Source of the DNA: an uncultured Gammaproteobacteria bacterium
GTDB lineage: Bacteria; Patescibacteriota; Patescibacteriia; Magasanikbacterales; UBA922
Assembly (NCBI GenBank): GCA_964345045.1
Contig: CAYFPM010000002.1
Span: forward strand, 219,481 to 283,480
Length of the DNA: 64,000 nt
Reading direction: 5' to 3'
Shown here: piece by piece, positions 56,895 through 64,000 of the stretch
Layout of the letters: every line of letters starts with the position of its first letter
How positions within the stretch are numbered: the first letter of the stretch is position 1
Position numbers and translations under genes: made by a program
The notes under the pieces: model-generated
What the model was told of the DNA's origin: nothing
Database searches by the model: none
The model's input: only the letters and a program-made list of their open reading frames with translations

Positions 56895-58721
56895 TTATTC
56901 CTCCTCTTCTTTTATAAAAGTGATAATTTCTTGGCCTTCTTCTAAACCAGATAATATTTCCATCAAACCATCGTCTCCTTTTAGACCAGCTGTAATTTCT
57001 TGTTTTTCAAAACTACCAATATTTGGATTGGTCAAAATTCTAATAAATTTTTTGCCAGCTTCGTTTATAATAGCGCGCTGGGGAACTACCAAAACATTAT
57101 CTTTTTTTTCTGTAATTATACGAACATTAGCAGTCATTCCTGGTTTTATTTTGTCTTCGGAACTATCGTCGAAAACTATTTTTGTTTTGTAATAAATTAC
57201 TCCGGAAATTTCGGTTTCGGCTGGTTCTATAGATACTACATGTCCGGCAAAAATTACGTCATCTCCAAAAGCATCCAAAGTAATTTCAGCACTATCATCT
57301 ATAGATATTTTGGCAATGTTCGATTCGGAAATATCTACTTCTATATTTCTCTCGGGTGAAATTATGGTTAATATTGTTTGATTGGCCACAGCATTTTCAC
57401 CAACTTCTACATCTATTTTAGAAATCACGCCACTTTCAATAGCTTTTAGAATAGTTTTATCAAAATTTTCTTGGGCATTAAATAAGGCTGCCCGTTGCTT
57501 GTCTACATCGGCTCGCAAACTAGCCAAATCAACCTCTCTTGGTTTGGCAATTAATTTTTGGTGAGCAGCATTGGCCTCGTTCAAAGCCGCTTGTTTTATT
57601 AGCACACTGGCTTCGGCTACTTGCTCATCGATCTCAGCTTGTCTTTTGGCACTTTCCAGATCTGCCAAAGCTTTGTTGTAGGCAATTTGTTTGGCAGACA
57701 AAGTATTTTTGGCAGTGTCTACAGCTTGTCTATCGTTTGTTAGGCTGGTGTTTTTGGTGTTTAGATTGGCAATTTCCGTAGTAATATTGCTTTTCAAAGT
57801 ATCCAATTCTGATTGAGTGAGGCCACTTCCACTGCTAGTAAAATTAAGAAGGTTTTTGGTGTCATTCAAATGATTGCGTACAGTACTTATGGCACTTTTG
57901 GCTTGTATGGTGGCCATTAGTATATTGGTTTCGTCTTCGGCTCCGGTGATATTGTTTACAAATAGTTGTAAATTATTTTTTTCTTGTCTGGCGTTTATAT
58001 AAGAACTTCTAGCTACATTTAATTCATCACTACCAATATTTCCCAACAATTCTTCAAAGTCGTCATTGGCTACAGTATTGTCTATACCCAAAATATTATC
58101 AGATTCACGCAGAGCATCGTTAATTGTGGGGAGTGTACTTAGCAAAGTATTGTATAGATCGGCGTAAGCATCGGATACTAGGCGGCTAGTGCCAATATCT
58201 TGAATTTCTTGTAGATCATTTTGAGCAGTTTCTTTGGCACTTTCTGCTGTCTCTATTTTGGTTTGAGAACTAATAATGGTTTGTTCTTTTTGAGCTTTGG
58301 TTTGTTCTAGAGAGGCTTCGGCCTTGGCTATGTTGGCTAGCGATTGATCAATCTCTTCTTGGCTCACACCGGTTATCTTTAGATTCAAATCTGCCAAAGC
58401 CTTGTTTAGAGCAGCTCTAGCTTGTTGCAAATTGCTCAACTGAGCAGTATTGTTAATCTTGGCAATTTGATCTCCTTTTTTTACGTTGTCACCTACTTCT
58501 TTTAGAATTTCTACAACTTTGCCACTCATTTCAAAACCAGAATTGATTTCCAAAGAGGCTGTGACTGTACCAGTTTCTTCTACCGATTGTACTAAATTTA
58601 TTTTTTCTACAGTAGTAGAAGAAAATTCTACTTTTTTGGTTCTATTTAAAAATAGAAAAACCAAGACAACTAACAAAATTATTGTAGTTGTAACTACGAT
58701 CCATTTTAATTTATTTTTCAT
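56895..58721 (-). CDS. HlyD/MacA-family periplasmic adaptor with an extended coiled coil
   Basis: 608 aa. N-terminal TM anchor, biotin-lipoyl-like halves flanking about 350 aa of coiled coil, C-terminal beta-barrel/MPD. Confidence 0.8.
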   Translation of the reverse strand: MKNKLKWIVVTTTIILLVVLVFLFLNRTKKVEFSSTTVEKINLVQSVEETGTVTASLEINSGFEMSGKVVEILKEVGDNVKKGDQIAKINNTAQLSNLQQARAALNKALADLNLKITGVSQEEIDQSLANIAKAEASLEQTKAQKEQTIISSQTKIETAESAKETAQNDLQEIQDIGTSRLVSDAYADLYNTLLSTLPTINDALRESDNILGIDNTVANDDFEELLGNIGSDELNVARSSYINARQEKNNLQLFVNNITGAEDETNILMATIQAKSAISTVRNHLNDTKNLLNFTSSGSGLTQSELDTLKSNITTEIANLNTKNTSLTNDRQAVDTAKNTLSAKQIAYNKALADLESAKRQAEIDEQVAEASVLIKQAALNEANAAHQKLIAKPREVDLASLRADVDKQRAALFNAQENFDKTILKAIESGVISKIDVEVGENAVANQTILTIISPERNIEVDISESNIAKISIDDSAEITLDAFGDDVIFAGHVVSIEPAETEISGVIYYKTKIVFDDSSEDKIKPGMTANVRIITEKKDNVLVVPQRAIINEAGKKFIRILTNPNIGSFEKQEITAGLKGDDGLMEILSGLEEGQEIITFIKEEEE

Positions 58722-58750
58722 ATACGTATATTATACTATTTTTATATATT

Positions 58751-58776
58751 AAAAAAAAGGACTTTTGTCCTTTTTT
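58751..58776. terminator. bidirectional terminator
   Basis: A-run, aaaggac-tttt-gtccttt, T-run. Confidence 0.6.
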
Positions 58777-58789
58777 ATGTAGTCATCTT

Positions 58790-59377
58790 TTACTTTGCTT
58801 TTTTTGCCAAATTTTCTACTTTTTTTAACCACTTTTTTCTTTTTTCATCACTAGAAGCTCTAACTTTGGAAAAAACTGTTCTAGAAACAGGGAAAAATCC
58901 GCAGAAAACCAAAGTGCCATATTTCAAACTTTTCCAAAAAGCATCAAAGGCTACGATATTGGTAAGTATCTTTGGGCCGTCTTGGGTGTAGATCACCCTA
59001 GCGCTTCTCCCTTTCAAGAGTCTTTCTGGCAGAGGCAATAGAGAACCTTTTTTGTATTTGAAAGCAAAACCTGGAGTAATGGTTCTATCTATAAATCCTT
59101 TAAATAGTGCTGGCACCATCATCCACCAGACTGGAGTAACTATTACCAAGTGATTACACCAACTAATATTCTCTTGAGCAGTTTGGAGATCTTCTTCCAA
59201 AATATTGTCTCGGTATCTGGTTTTTAAAATTGGGTCAAACTTTAGATCGCGCAAAACAATTTTTTTTACTGCATGACCAGCATCTCTGGCAGATTTTTCA
59301 TAAATGTCACAAATAGCATCAGAAAAAGAACCAGCTCGACTATGCGCATCTATAATTAGTATATTTTTTTGTTTCAT
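58790..59377 (-). CDS. flavodoxin-like NAD(P)H-dependent quinone oxidoreductase (KefF/MdaB-like)
   Basis: 195 aa. Flavodoxin_2 fold N-terminus NILIIDAHSRAGSFSDAI. Confidence 0.65.
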   Translation of the reverse strand: MKQKNILIIDAHSRAGSFSDAICDIYEKSARDAGHAVKKIVLRDLKFDPILKTRYRDNILEEDLQTAQENISWCNHLVIVTPVWWMMVPALFKGFIDRTITPGFAFKYKKGSLLPLPERLLKGRSARVIYTQDGPKILTNIVAFDAFWKSLKYGTLVFCGFFPVSRTVFSKVRASSDEKRKKWLKKVENLAKKAK

Positions 59378-59799
59378 ACTTCAGATATTTTTTTAGAATT
59401 TGTAGCAATTTTTTCGTCGTCTGTAAAAAAGTGCTTAATAGCAAATAGAATCGCCAACGAAGACACACCCAAAATCAAGGCCCAAAAATCACTTTCTAGA
59501 AGCAATAATTTTCTGGCCACCAAAAATACTGCCAATTCGATAATAGTATCCAAACAGTAAGAAAATAATAGTCTGGCTACCTCTACCCCAATAGCCAACT
59601 GCAAAATCACTCTTAGCATATGGGTAAAGGTTTCCATGTTGGTCCAGTCAGCATTAGCAAGTTCTATTACTTGGTAAGCTGTAGCTACTAGTACGGCTAT
59701 TATTACAATCGATCCTAGTAGGATCTCTACCCAATGCAAAACATTCTTGGCATTGGTTTTTAGGACAGTGGGTTTTTTATTTCTCAATCTTTTTATCAT
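59374..59799 (-). CDS. hypothetical membrane protein (PsiE-like topology)
   Basis: 141 aa, four predicted TM helices. The stop overlaps the downstream gene's start (ATGA). Confidence 0.4.
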   Translation of the reverse strand: MIKRLRNKKPTVLKTNAKNVLHWVEILLGSIVIIAVLVATAYQVIELANADWTNMETFTHMLRVILQLAIGVEVARLLFSYCLDTIIELAVFLVARKLLLLESDFWALILGVSSLAILFAIKHFFTDDEKIATNSKKISEV

Positions 59800-59896
59800 A
59801 ATTTAATTTTTTACTTGTAGAGTTTATATTAGCTTAATAATTGCTTATGTACAATGGTTACTATATAGTATAAAAAATACTCTTAATTATAAATGT

Positions 59897-60133
59897 ATGA
59901 AAACAATGACTTGCAAAGAGCTGGGCGGAGCTTGTGAAATTTACTTTCAAGCAGATAGTTTTGAAAAAATGGGTGAACTTAGCAAACAACATGGTATGGA
60001 AATGTTTCAAAAAGGTGACAAAGCTCACTTGGAAGCTATGAGCAAAATGAAAGAGATGATGAGTGAACCTGGCAAAATGGAGGAGTGGTTTCTTGGCAAG
60101 AAAAAGGAGTTCGAGGCTTTGCCAGAAGTTTAA
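59897..60133 (+). CDS. DUF1059 family small protein
   Basis: 78 aa. MKTMTCKELGGACEIYFQADSFEKMGELSKQHGMEMFQKGDKAHLEAM... matches the DUF1059 consensus almost position for position. Confidence 0.7.
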   Translation: MKTMTCKELGGACEIYFQADSFEKMGELSKQHGMEMFQKGDKAHLEAMSKMKEMMSEPGKMEEWFLGKKKEFEALPEV

Positions 60134-60167
60134 AGTAAGGGAGTAATACTTTCTTACTTTTAATCAT

Positions 60168-60410
60168 ATGGATACCATAGTAAAAGCAACAACAAAAGGT
60201 CAAATTACCATCCCGGCAAAATGGAGAAATCGTTTTAATACAGATCGTTTTTTAATAAGTGCAAAAGATACTCATTTGGAAATTAAACCCATAGATTTGG
60301 ACAAGATAGATCAAGATAAGGAATACACAGTTTTTGATGCTATTCGCGATAACAAAGGAAAAGGAATAAAAGCAAAAGATTTGGCAAAGATCCTGAAAAA
60401 GAAGATTTAG
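60168..60410 (+). CDS. AbrB/MazE/SpoVT-type antitoxin
   Basis: 80 aa. N-terminal swapped-hairpin motif TKGQITIPAKWRNRF. Confidence 0.6.
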   Translation: MDTIVKATTKGQITIPAKWRNRFNTDRFLISAKDTHLEIKPIDLDKIDQDKEYTVFDAIRDNKGKGIKAKDLAKILKKKI

Positions 60411-60414
60411 TTTT

Positions 60415-60648
60415 ATGGACAAGATATAAAAATTATTTAGAAAAATAACCAAAAAACAGAGACAATTACTTTTGTCTATAATAGAAAAATTATTAAATAA
60501 AGAAACAAAGGGTTTGAATATAAAAAAAGTAAAAGGTACAGATTTTTATAGACTGAGATCTGGTAGATTTAGAATAATTTTTCACAAAGAGAATAAAGAT
60601 GTGATTATTGACTCAATCAAATTAAGAGATGAGAAAACATATAAGTAG
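60415..60648 (+). pseudogene. RelE/ParE-family toxin gene disrupted by a premature TAA at codon 5
   Basis: Frame 60415 reads ATG GAC AAG ATA TAA, then continues in-frame as KLFRKITKKQRQLLLSIIEKLLNKETKGLNIKKVKGTDFYRLRSGRFRIIFHKENKDVIIDSIKLRDEKTYK (RelE/ParE signature YRLR.G.FRII). The only in-frame restart is a TTG at 60472. Confidence 0.5.
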
Positions 60649-60665
60649 TATAAATTTTTTTAAAT

Positions 60666-60700
60666 AAAAGCTCCCCTAAATTTAGGGGAGCTTTTGGTTT
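60666..60700. terminator. bidirectional terminator
   Basis: Perfect 14-bp palindrome aaagctcccctaaa / tttaggggagcttt with a T-run. Confidence 0.55.
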
Positions 60701-60779
60701 GTAGTTTAGGTTTTTGCCCTAGGGGCTTTGGTGTGTTACCGTAGAGGTCGCTTTCGCCCTTTGGGCTTCAGCGTACCGT

Positions 60780-60872
60780 TGGCGGAGAGAGAGGGATTCG
60801 AACCCTCGGTTCGCTAAATTGCGAACACCGCTTTTCGAGAGCGGCACCTTAAACCAGCTCAGACATCTCTCC
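60780..60872 (-). tRNA. tRNA-Ser (anticodon CGA), CCA encoded
   Basis: GGAGAGA acceptor; anticodon loop CTCGAAA; long variable arm GTTCGC-AATTTA-GCGAAC; T-arm GGTTCGAATCC; 3' TCTCTCCGCCA. Confidence 0.85.
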
Positions 60873-60959
60873 ATAGGTGACTTAGAATAAATTATTTTGT
60901 AAAAAAAATAAAGTGCCTAGGGCACGGTGAAGTAGGTGGGGCCGATTGGGCTGCTAGGC

Positions 60960-61298
60960 TCACTCTGTTTTGAGGAGTATGCCTGGCCAAGCTTCGCGAA
61001 TCGGCCGCTCTGGAGGATATTTGATGGGGATCTTTTTTCCGAACCACAGTCCAGGTCTTTCTTCTCTCCAAATTACTTTGGAGGTAAGTCTTTGCCTTTG
61101 GGTGAATTCTGTCCATCGTCCTTCACGCATGATTTGTGTAAAGACTTTGATAGTCTCGTCCACTTGTCTGCTCAAAGCCTCTGCCTGTCTTTTGGCAAGG
61201 GCTCTGACGACCTTCCGCTCTACATAAGAATATATGATAATTAGCAGAGGAATACACCAAAGAAAGGTTGTGAACCACCAATTAAAATCCTTGTCCAT
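60960..61298 (-). CDS. small hypothetical membrane protein (GC-moderate; islet G)
   Basis: 112 aa. AAGGAGG RBS, N-terminal TM helix (WWFTTFLWCIPLLIIIYSYV), basic C-terminal region. Confidence 0.5.
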   Translation of the reverse strand: MDKDFNWWFTTFLWCIPLLIIIYSYVERKVVRALAKRQAEALSRQVDETIKVFTQIMREGRWTEFTQRQRLTSKVIWREERPGLWFGKKIPIKYPPERPIREAWPGILLKTE

Positions 61299-61360
61299 AC
61301 TGGACCTCCTTACTTTCTACCCTACTAAATCAAAACAATTTTGGCAATAATGTTGCAAAA

Positions 61361-61390
61361 ACAAAAAACTCTCATATGAGAGTTTTTTGT
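61361..61390. terminator. bidirectional terminator
   Basis: A-run, palindrome aactctcatatgagagtt, TTTTTTGTTT. Confidence 0.6.
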
Positions 61391-61522
61391 TTACTTTTGG
61401 ACTGCAGTGCAAAAGAATGGGGACACGCTATTATTTTTGGCCGGCGTGTGAGCGGCTAAGAAAGTTGGTAGGTTGCCGAGTCTATTAGTTATTGACTATT
61501 TTTAGCAGGTGCCAGCTTTCTC

Positions 61523-62539
61523 CTAAAGAGCTAGACGATTTTTGATAAGCTGCCAATTTTTGGCAATCATATCGTCACCTTGGCGGGGAATGTCTCGGAT
61601 TTCCAGCATCAGCTTGCCGTCTCTCACACGCAAACGCTCCCACCACCAGACAGAACGTAGGAACAGATCCATGTCTCTCGGTGGCTCGGTTGCCACAGAG
61701 AGAGCTGGTATGCGGCGGGCTGGTTGGCTGTTTTTTCGATCCATAAAGACTTTTTTACGTAGCAACTCACGCCAGTATTTGTCAAAACAGGTTGGGGTTG
61801 CCCCGTAGCGATTCGTTTCGTAGCCTGCTTTTGACTTGTCAATGTAGCTACGCCAGATTTGTTCCGATTCTGTGGCAGGCCAGCCGTTTGCATTTCGGAG
61901 TGGTTGGAGCACTTGTACGAAATCAAAAGCCTCTTCGATGCTTGTAACATCTATGGTGTACTGGACACAGGCAATGTGCCCCAAGCTTTGGAGGATTTCA
62001 CCATCAAGTTCCAGCCAGATCTGGTCACGTTTGTCTGGCATCAGCAGGGTATTGGCATCGGTCAAACCATCATAATGCTTGGTCAAGGCCTTGGCTCCGA
62101 CATTGGTTCCGGCTTGCTTGAGTTGTCCAAGCACCTGATAAGTTTCTTTGAGTAGTCCCTTATACTCCTCAATTCTTGCCGGAGGAGTATTGAGTTCCAA
62201 GTTGGACCAGCCCAGTTCATACATAAGTGAGAACTGACCATTGCCCACCTCTACAACTACTCCGTTGCTTTCTTCTTGAATCTTCCAACCAGGAAGTTGG
62301 CTCATAGCTCTCATCATGGCCTGAGACTGATCGAATGAGATTGGCTCTGCCGAATCAGCTTTTACGAACAGAGTCTCCACCTCTACGCCGAACATCCGGG
62401 AACTGGGAGTACAAGTTTTTGCACGGGTGAAGTATTGTGCTAGATTGGAAGCGTCTGTTTGCTCGTCTAGGCCGTTTTCGCGAGCAAAGCGATCATACTC
62501 ATCCCAACCATACCCGGGCATCCATCTATTCCACGCCAT
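61523..62539 (-). CDS. carboxylate-amine ligase, glutamate-cysteine ligase family 2 (GCS2/YbdK-like; GC-rich islet G)
   Basis: 338 aa. N-terminal FGVEVETLFV (YbdK-type GxExE motif) and the GCS2 fold pattern. About 55% GC. AAAGGAG RBS. Confidence 0.6.
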   Translation of the reverse strand: MAWNRWMPGYGWDEYDRFARENGLDEQTDASNLAQYFTRAKTCTPSSRMFGVEVETLFVKADSAEPISFDQSQAMMRAMSQLPGWKIQEESNGVVVEVGNGQFSLMYELGWSNLELNTPPARIEEYKGLLKETYQVLGQLKQAGTNVGAKALTKHYDGLTDANTLLMPDKRDQIWLELDGEILQSLGHIACVQYTIDVTSIEEAFDFVQVLQPLRNANGWPATESEQIWRSYIDKSKAGYETNRYGATPTCFDKYWRELLRKKVFMDRKNSQPARRIPALSVATEPPRDMDLFLRSVWWWERLRVRDGKLMLEIRDIPRQGDDMIAKNWQLIKNRLAL

Positions 62540-62585
62540 TTTTTTCTCCTTTACCTGTTCTGTTTAGAACAGGTCACTTTCTTTA

Positions 62586-63326
62586 TTACGACAAAGAAAG
62601 TGCTTGTTCTAAATTAATTTTTTTAAGTTTGTAAGCTAGTATGTTTTCGTAATCATAACTACCAATAAATATTGGAGTGAAAGTTTTATTTTTTATTTTT
62701 ACTTCCACAAACTCCTTTAGTTCAATCGATATTGGGCATTCTGATTTTTTTAGTGGTTCATACATTAAATAGATTTTTTTCTGTTTAAGCCTTTCTCTCC
62801 AGCCAATTTTTTCTCTTTCTAAATAATTTTTCAAAAAATCCGTTAGGATTAGTTCTAATTTATTTTTTATGCGGGGATTATTTTTTTCACCAGATTCTAT
62901 TTCTATTCCGCAAGAAAAAAATTCACTAAGAGAACCTTGTTGTTCTTTTGTAATACTTGGCCAGAGCACTATTCTAGAAATTTTGAACATGGAAGCAAGC
63001 TTAAAATTTTCTAGAGTTGGATTGGTTATAATAATGAATATGCCAGTATTCTTTATTGAGCCATGCAAATCAATAGTGTATCGATAGTTTTCACTTTTTT
63101 TAATAAGTTCGGCTGCTCGCCTTTTTTCGTAGATCGAACTGTCCAAATCTCCAGGGGCACTACGGTTTAGATCAGCCTCAAATTCACGTGTTCCTTTGCT
63201 TAGAGCTGGTGGATTGCCAATAACAGAGTCGAAATCAAATTCGCTTTGATCAAGTTTTTGGAGTACCTCTACCCCGATTGTTTCATCACCGTGGGTGGCA
63301 CCTATAAATAATAAATCTTTCTTCAT
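62586..63326 (-). CDS. succinylglutamate desuccinylase/aspartoacylase (AstE/AspA) family zinc hydrolase
   Basis: 246 aa. N-terminal zinc-binding motif GATHGDETIG (HxxE). AT-rich, host-like composition. 46 bp upstream of the GCS2 ligase, with a hairpin between them. Confidence 0.6.
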   Translation of the reverse strand: MKKDLLFIGATHGDETIGVEVLQKLDQSEFDFDSVIGNPPALSKGTREFEADLNRSAPGDLDSSIYEKRRAAELIKKSENYRYTIDLHGSIKNTGIFIIITNPTLENFKLASMFKISRIVLWPSITKEQQGSLSEFFSCGIEIESGEKNNPRIKNKLELILTDFLKNYLEREKIGWRERLKQKKIYLMYEPLKKSECPISIELKEFVEVKIKNKTFTPIFIGSYDYENILAYKLKKINLEQALSLS

Positions 63327-63447
63327 ATATGTAATATTAATTTTGTGGCGCGCCCTGGTTCTGCCCCAGGAACTCTCACTTCACTTGTGAGAATGATAGC
63401 TGTTTTCACCACCGCACCTTTTATAAATTAAGAATTATGAATTTTTG

Positions 63448-63480
63448 TTAATAAATAAAAAATCGCTTGATATAGCGATT
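63448..63480 (-). terminator. rho-independent terminator for the TrpR-like gene
   Basis: aatcgct-tgatat-agcgatt, followed on the minus strand by TTTTTATTTAT. Confidence 0.45.
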
Positions 63481-63644
63481 TGTGAGACCTCAAAATAAAA
63501 TCTGGCTAGAGATTTACTCGAGGTCTTTTTTATGATGTGATTTTTTAAAAGTTGGTTGGTTCATATTTTGTATTAACGTATTACTACATTAATACAAGAG
63601 TTTGAAAATGTCAAGATTGTTTGTGTGGATAAACAAAAAAAGCG

Positions 63645-63941
63645 TTACTTACGCTTTTTTTCATTTTTTCTATAGAGGGCTGCTTGGTAACCACCTTCGC
63701 CGTGTTTGAGCCAGTGGGCTACTCGGCTTACGGTTGCTGTAGAGAGTCCGGTTTTTTCGGCTATTTCTCTATAGGGAGTACCTTTGTTTATCATCTCGGC
63801 AGCTTGCCAACGAGTAGAAATTTCGTCTAGTTCGTCTAGGGTCATTAGGTCTCGCAAGAAGTTAATCATTTCGGCTTCTTCTGGCAAGGACAAAAAGGCT
63901 TTGGCCAAGCGTTTAAGTTTTGGAGTCTTCCAAGTTTTCAT
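63645..63941 (-). CDS. TrpR-like (YerC/YecD family) DNA-binding protein
   Basis: 98 aa. LRDLMTLDELDEISTRWQAAEMINKGTPYREIAEKTGLSTATVSRVAHWLKHG matches the YerC/YecD TrpR-like HTH pattern. Confidence 0.7.
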   Translation of the reverse strand: MKTWKTPKLKRLAKAFLSLPEEAEMINFLRDLMTLDELDEISTRWQAAEMINKGTPYREIAEKTGLSTATVSRVAHWLKHGEGGYQAALYRKNEKKRK

Positions 63942-63950
63942 AGTTTTTTG

Positions 63951-64000
63951 TTAGCTAACATTGGTAATTTCTAGAATTACTCCATAGAGGCCTTCTGCGT
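63951..64000 (-). CDS. 3' end of an unidentified CDS extending beyond the window
   Basis: A minus-strand frame reads ...AEGLYGVILEITNVS-stop ending at 63951-63953 and remains open to the window edge. Too short to identify. Confidence 0.2.
   Translation of the reverse strand, partial: AEGLYGVILEITNVS

Overview
This is an AT-rich (about 33-36% GC) bacterial chromosomal segment that uses the standard genetic code and is densely packed with housekeeping genes. Gene content and small gene size suggest a Patescibacteria/CPR-like organism, but that is inference only.

The supportable genes include:
- a partial comM/yifB AAA+ gene, lspA and a DksA/TraR zinc-finger gene;
- a DinJ-like/YafQ-like toxin-antitoxin pair;
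- a 1146-aa lamin-tail-domain (LTD) repeat surface protein;
- a pentose-phosphate cluster (tkt-gnd-zwf-pgl plus a HAD hydrolase), with pgi and tal elsewhere;
- a five-tRNA cluster (Pro, Phe, Ala, Gly, initiator Met) plus tRNA-Gly(TCC), tRNA-Leu(TAA) and tRNA-Ser(CGA);
- a 1534-aa Calx-beta/LamG/FN3/peptidoglycan-binding surface protein;
- radC, an epmA-like lysyl ligase directly upstream of efp, and a KefC-like CPA2 antiporter;
- ruvB, a long class II ribonucleotide reductase (nrdJ) and a PduO-type cobalamin adenosyltransferase;
- an AI-2E transporter, an Lpd-like flavoprotein, gpmI, an RluB-family pseudouridine synthase, a CNNM/CorC transporter and ahcY;
- a CaCA exchanger, a PfkB kinase, a class IV aminotransferase, a DsbA-like protein and a MacAB-like efflux operon (HlyD adaptor, ABC ATPase, two FtsX permeases);
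- a flavodoxin-like oxidoreductase, a DUF1059 protein, an AbrB-type antitoxin next to a disrupted RelE-like toxin, a GCS2 carboxylate-amine ligase with an AstE/AspA-family hydrolase, and a TrpR-like regulator.

No rRNA, CRISPR array, transposase or integrase is visible.

The most unusual features are:
1. at least eight short GC-rich (about 50-60% GC) islets, each carrying one or two mostly uncharacterised ORFs with their own promoter and terminator, embedded between AT-rich native genes;
2. a MITE-like inverted-repeat family built on GTACGAATTACGAAT, with five copies, one of them split around a GxxExxY-family gene so that the gene sits inside a 612-bp TIR-bounded element;
3. a cluster of DnaA boxes in a 970-bp non-coding region (candidate oriC or DnaA-regulated region);
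4. several smaller palindromic repeat families, two of which lie in-frame inside genes.
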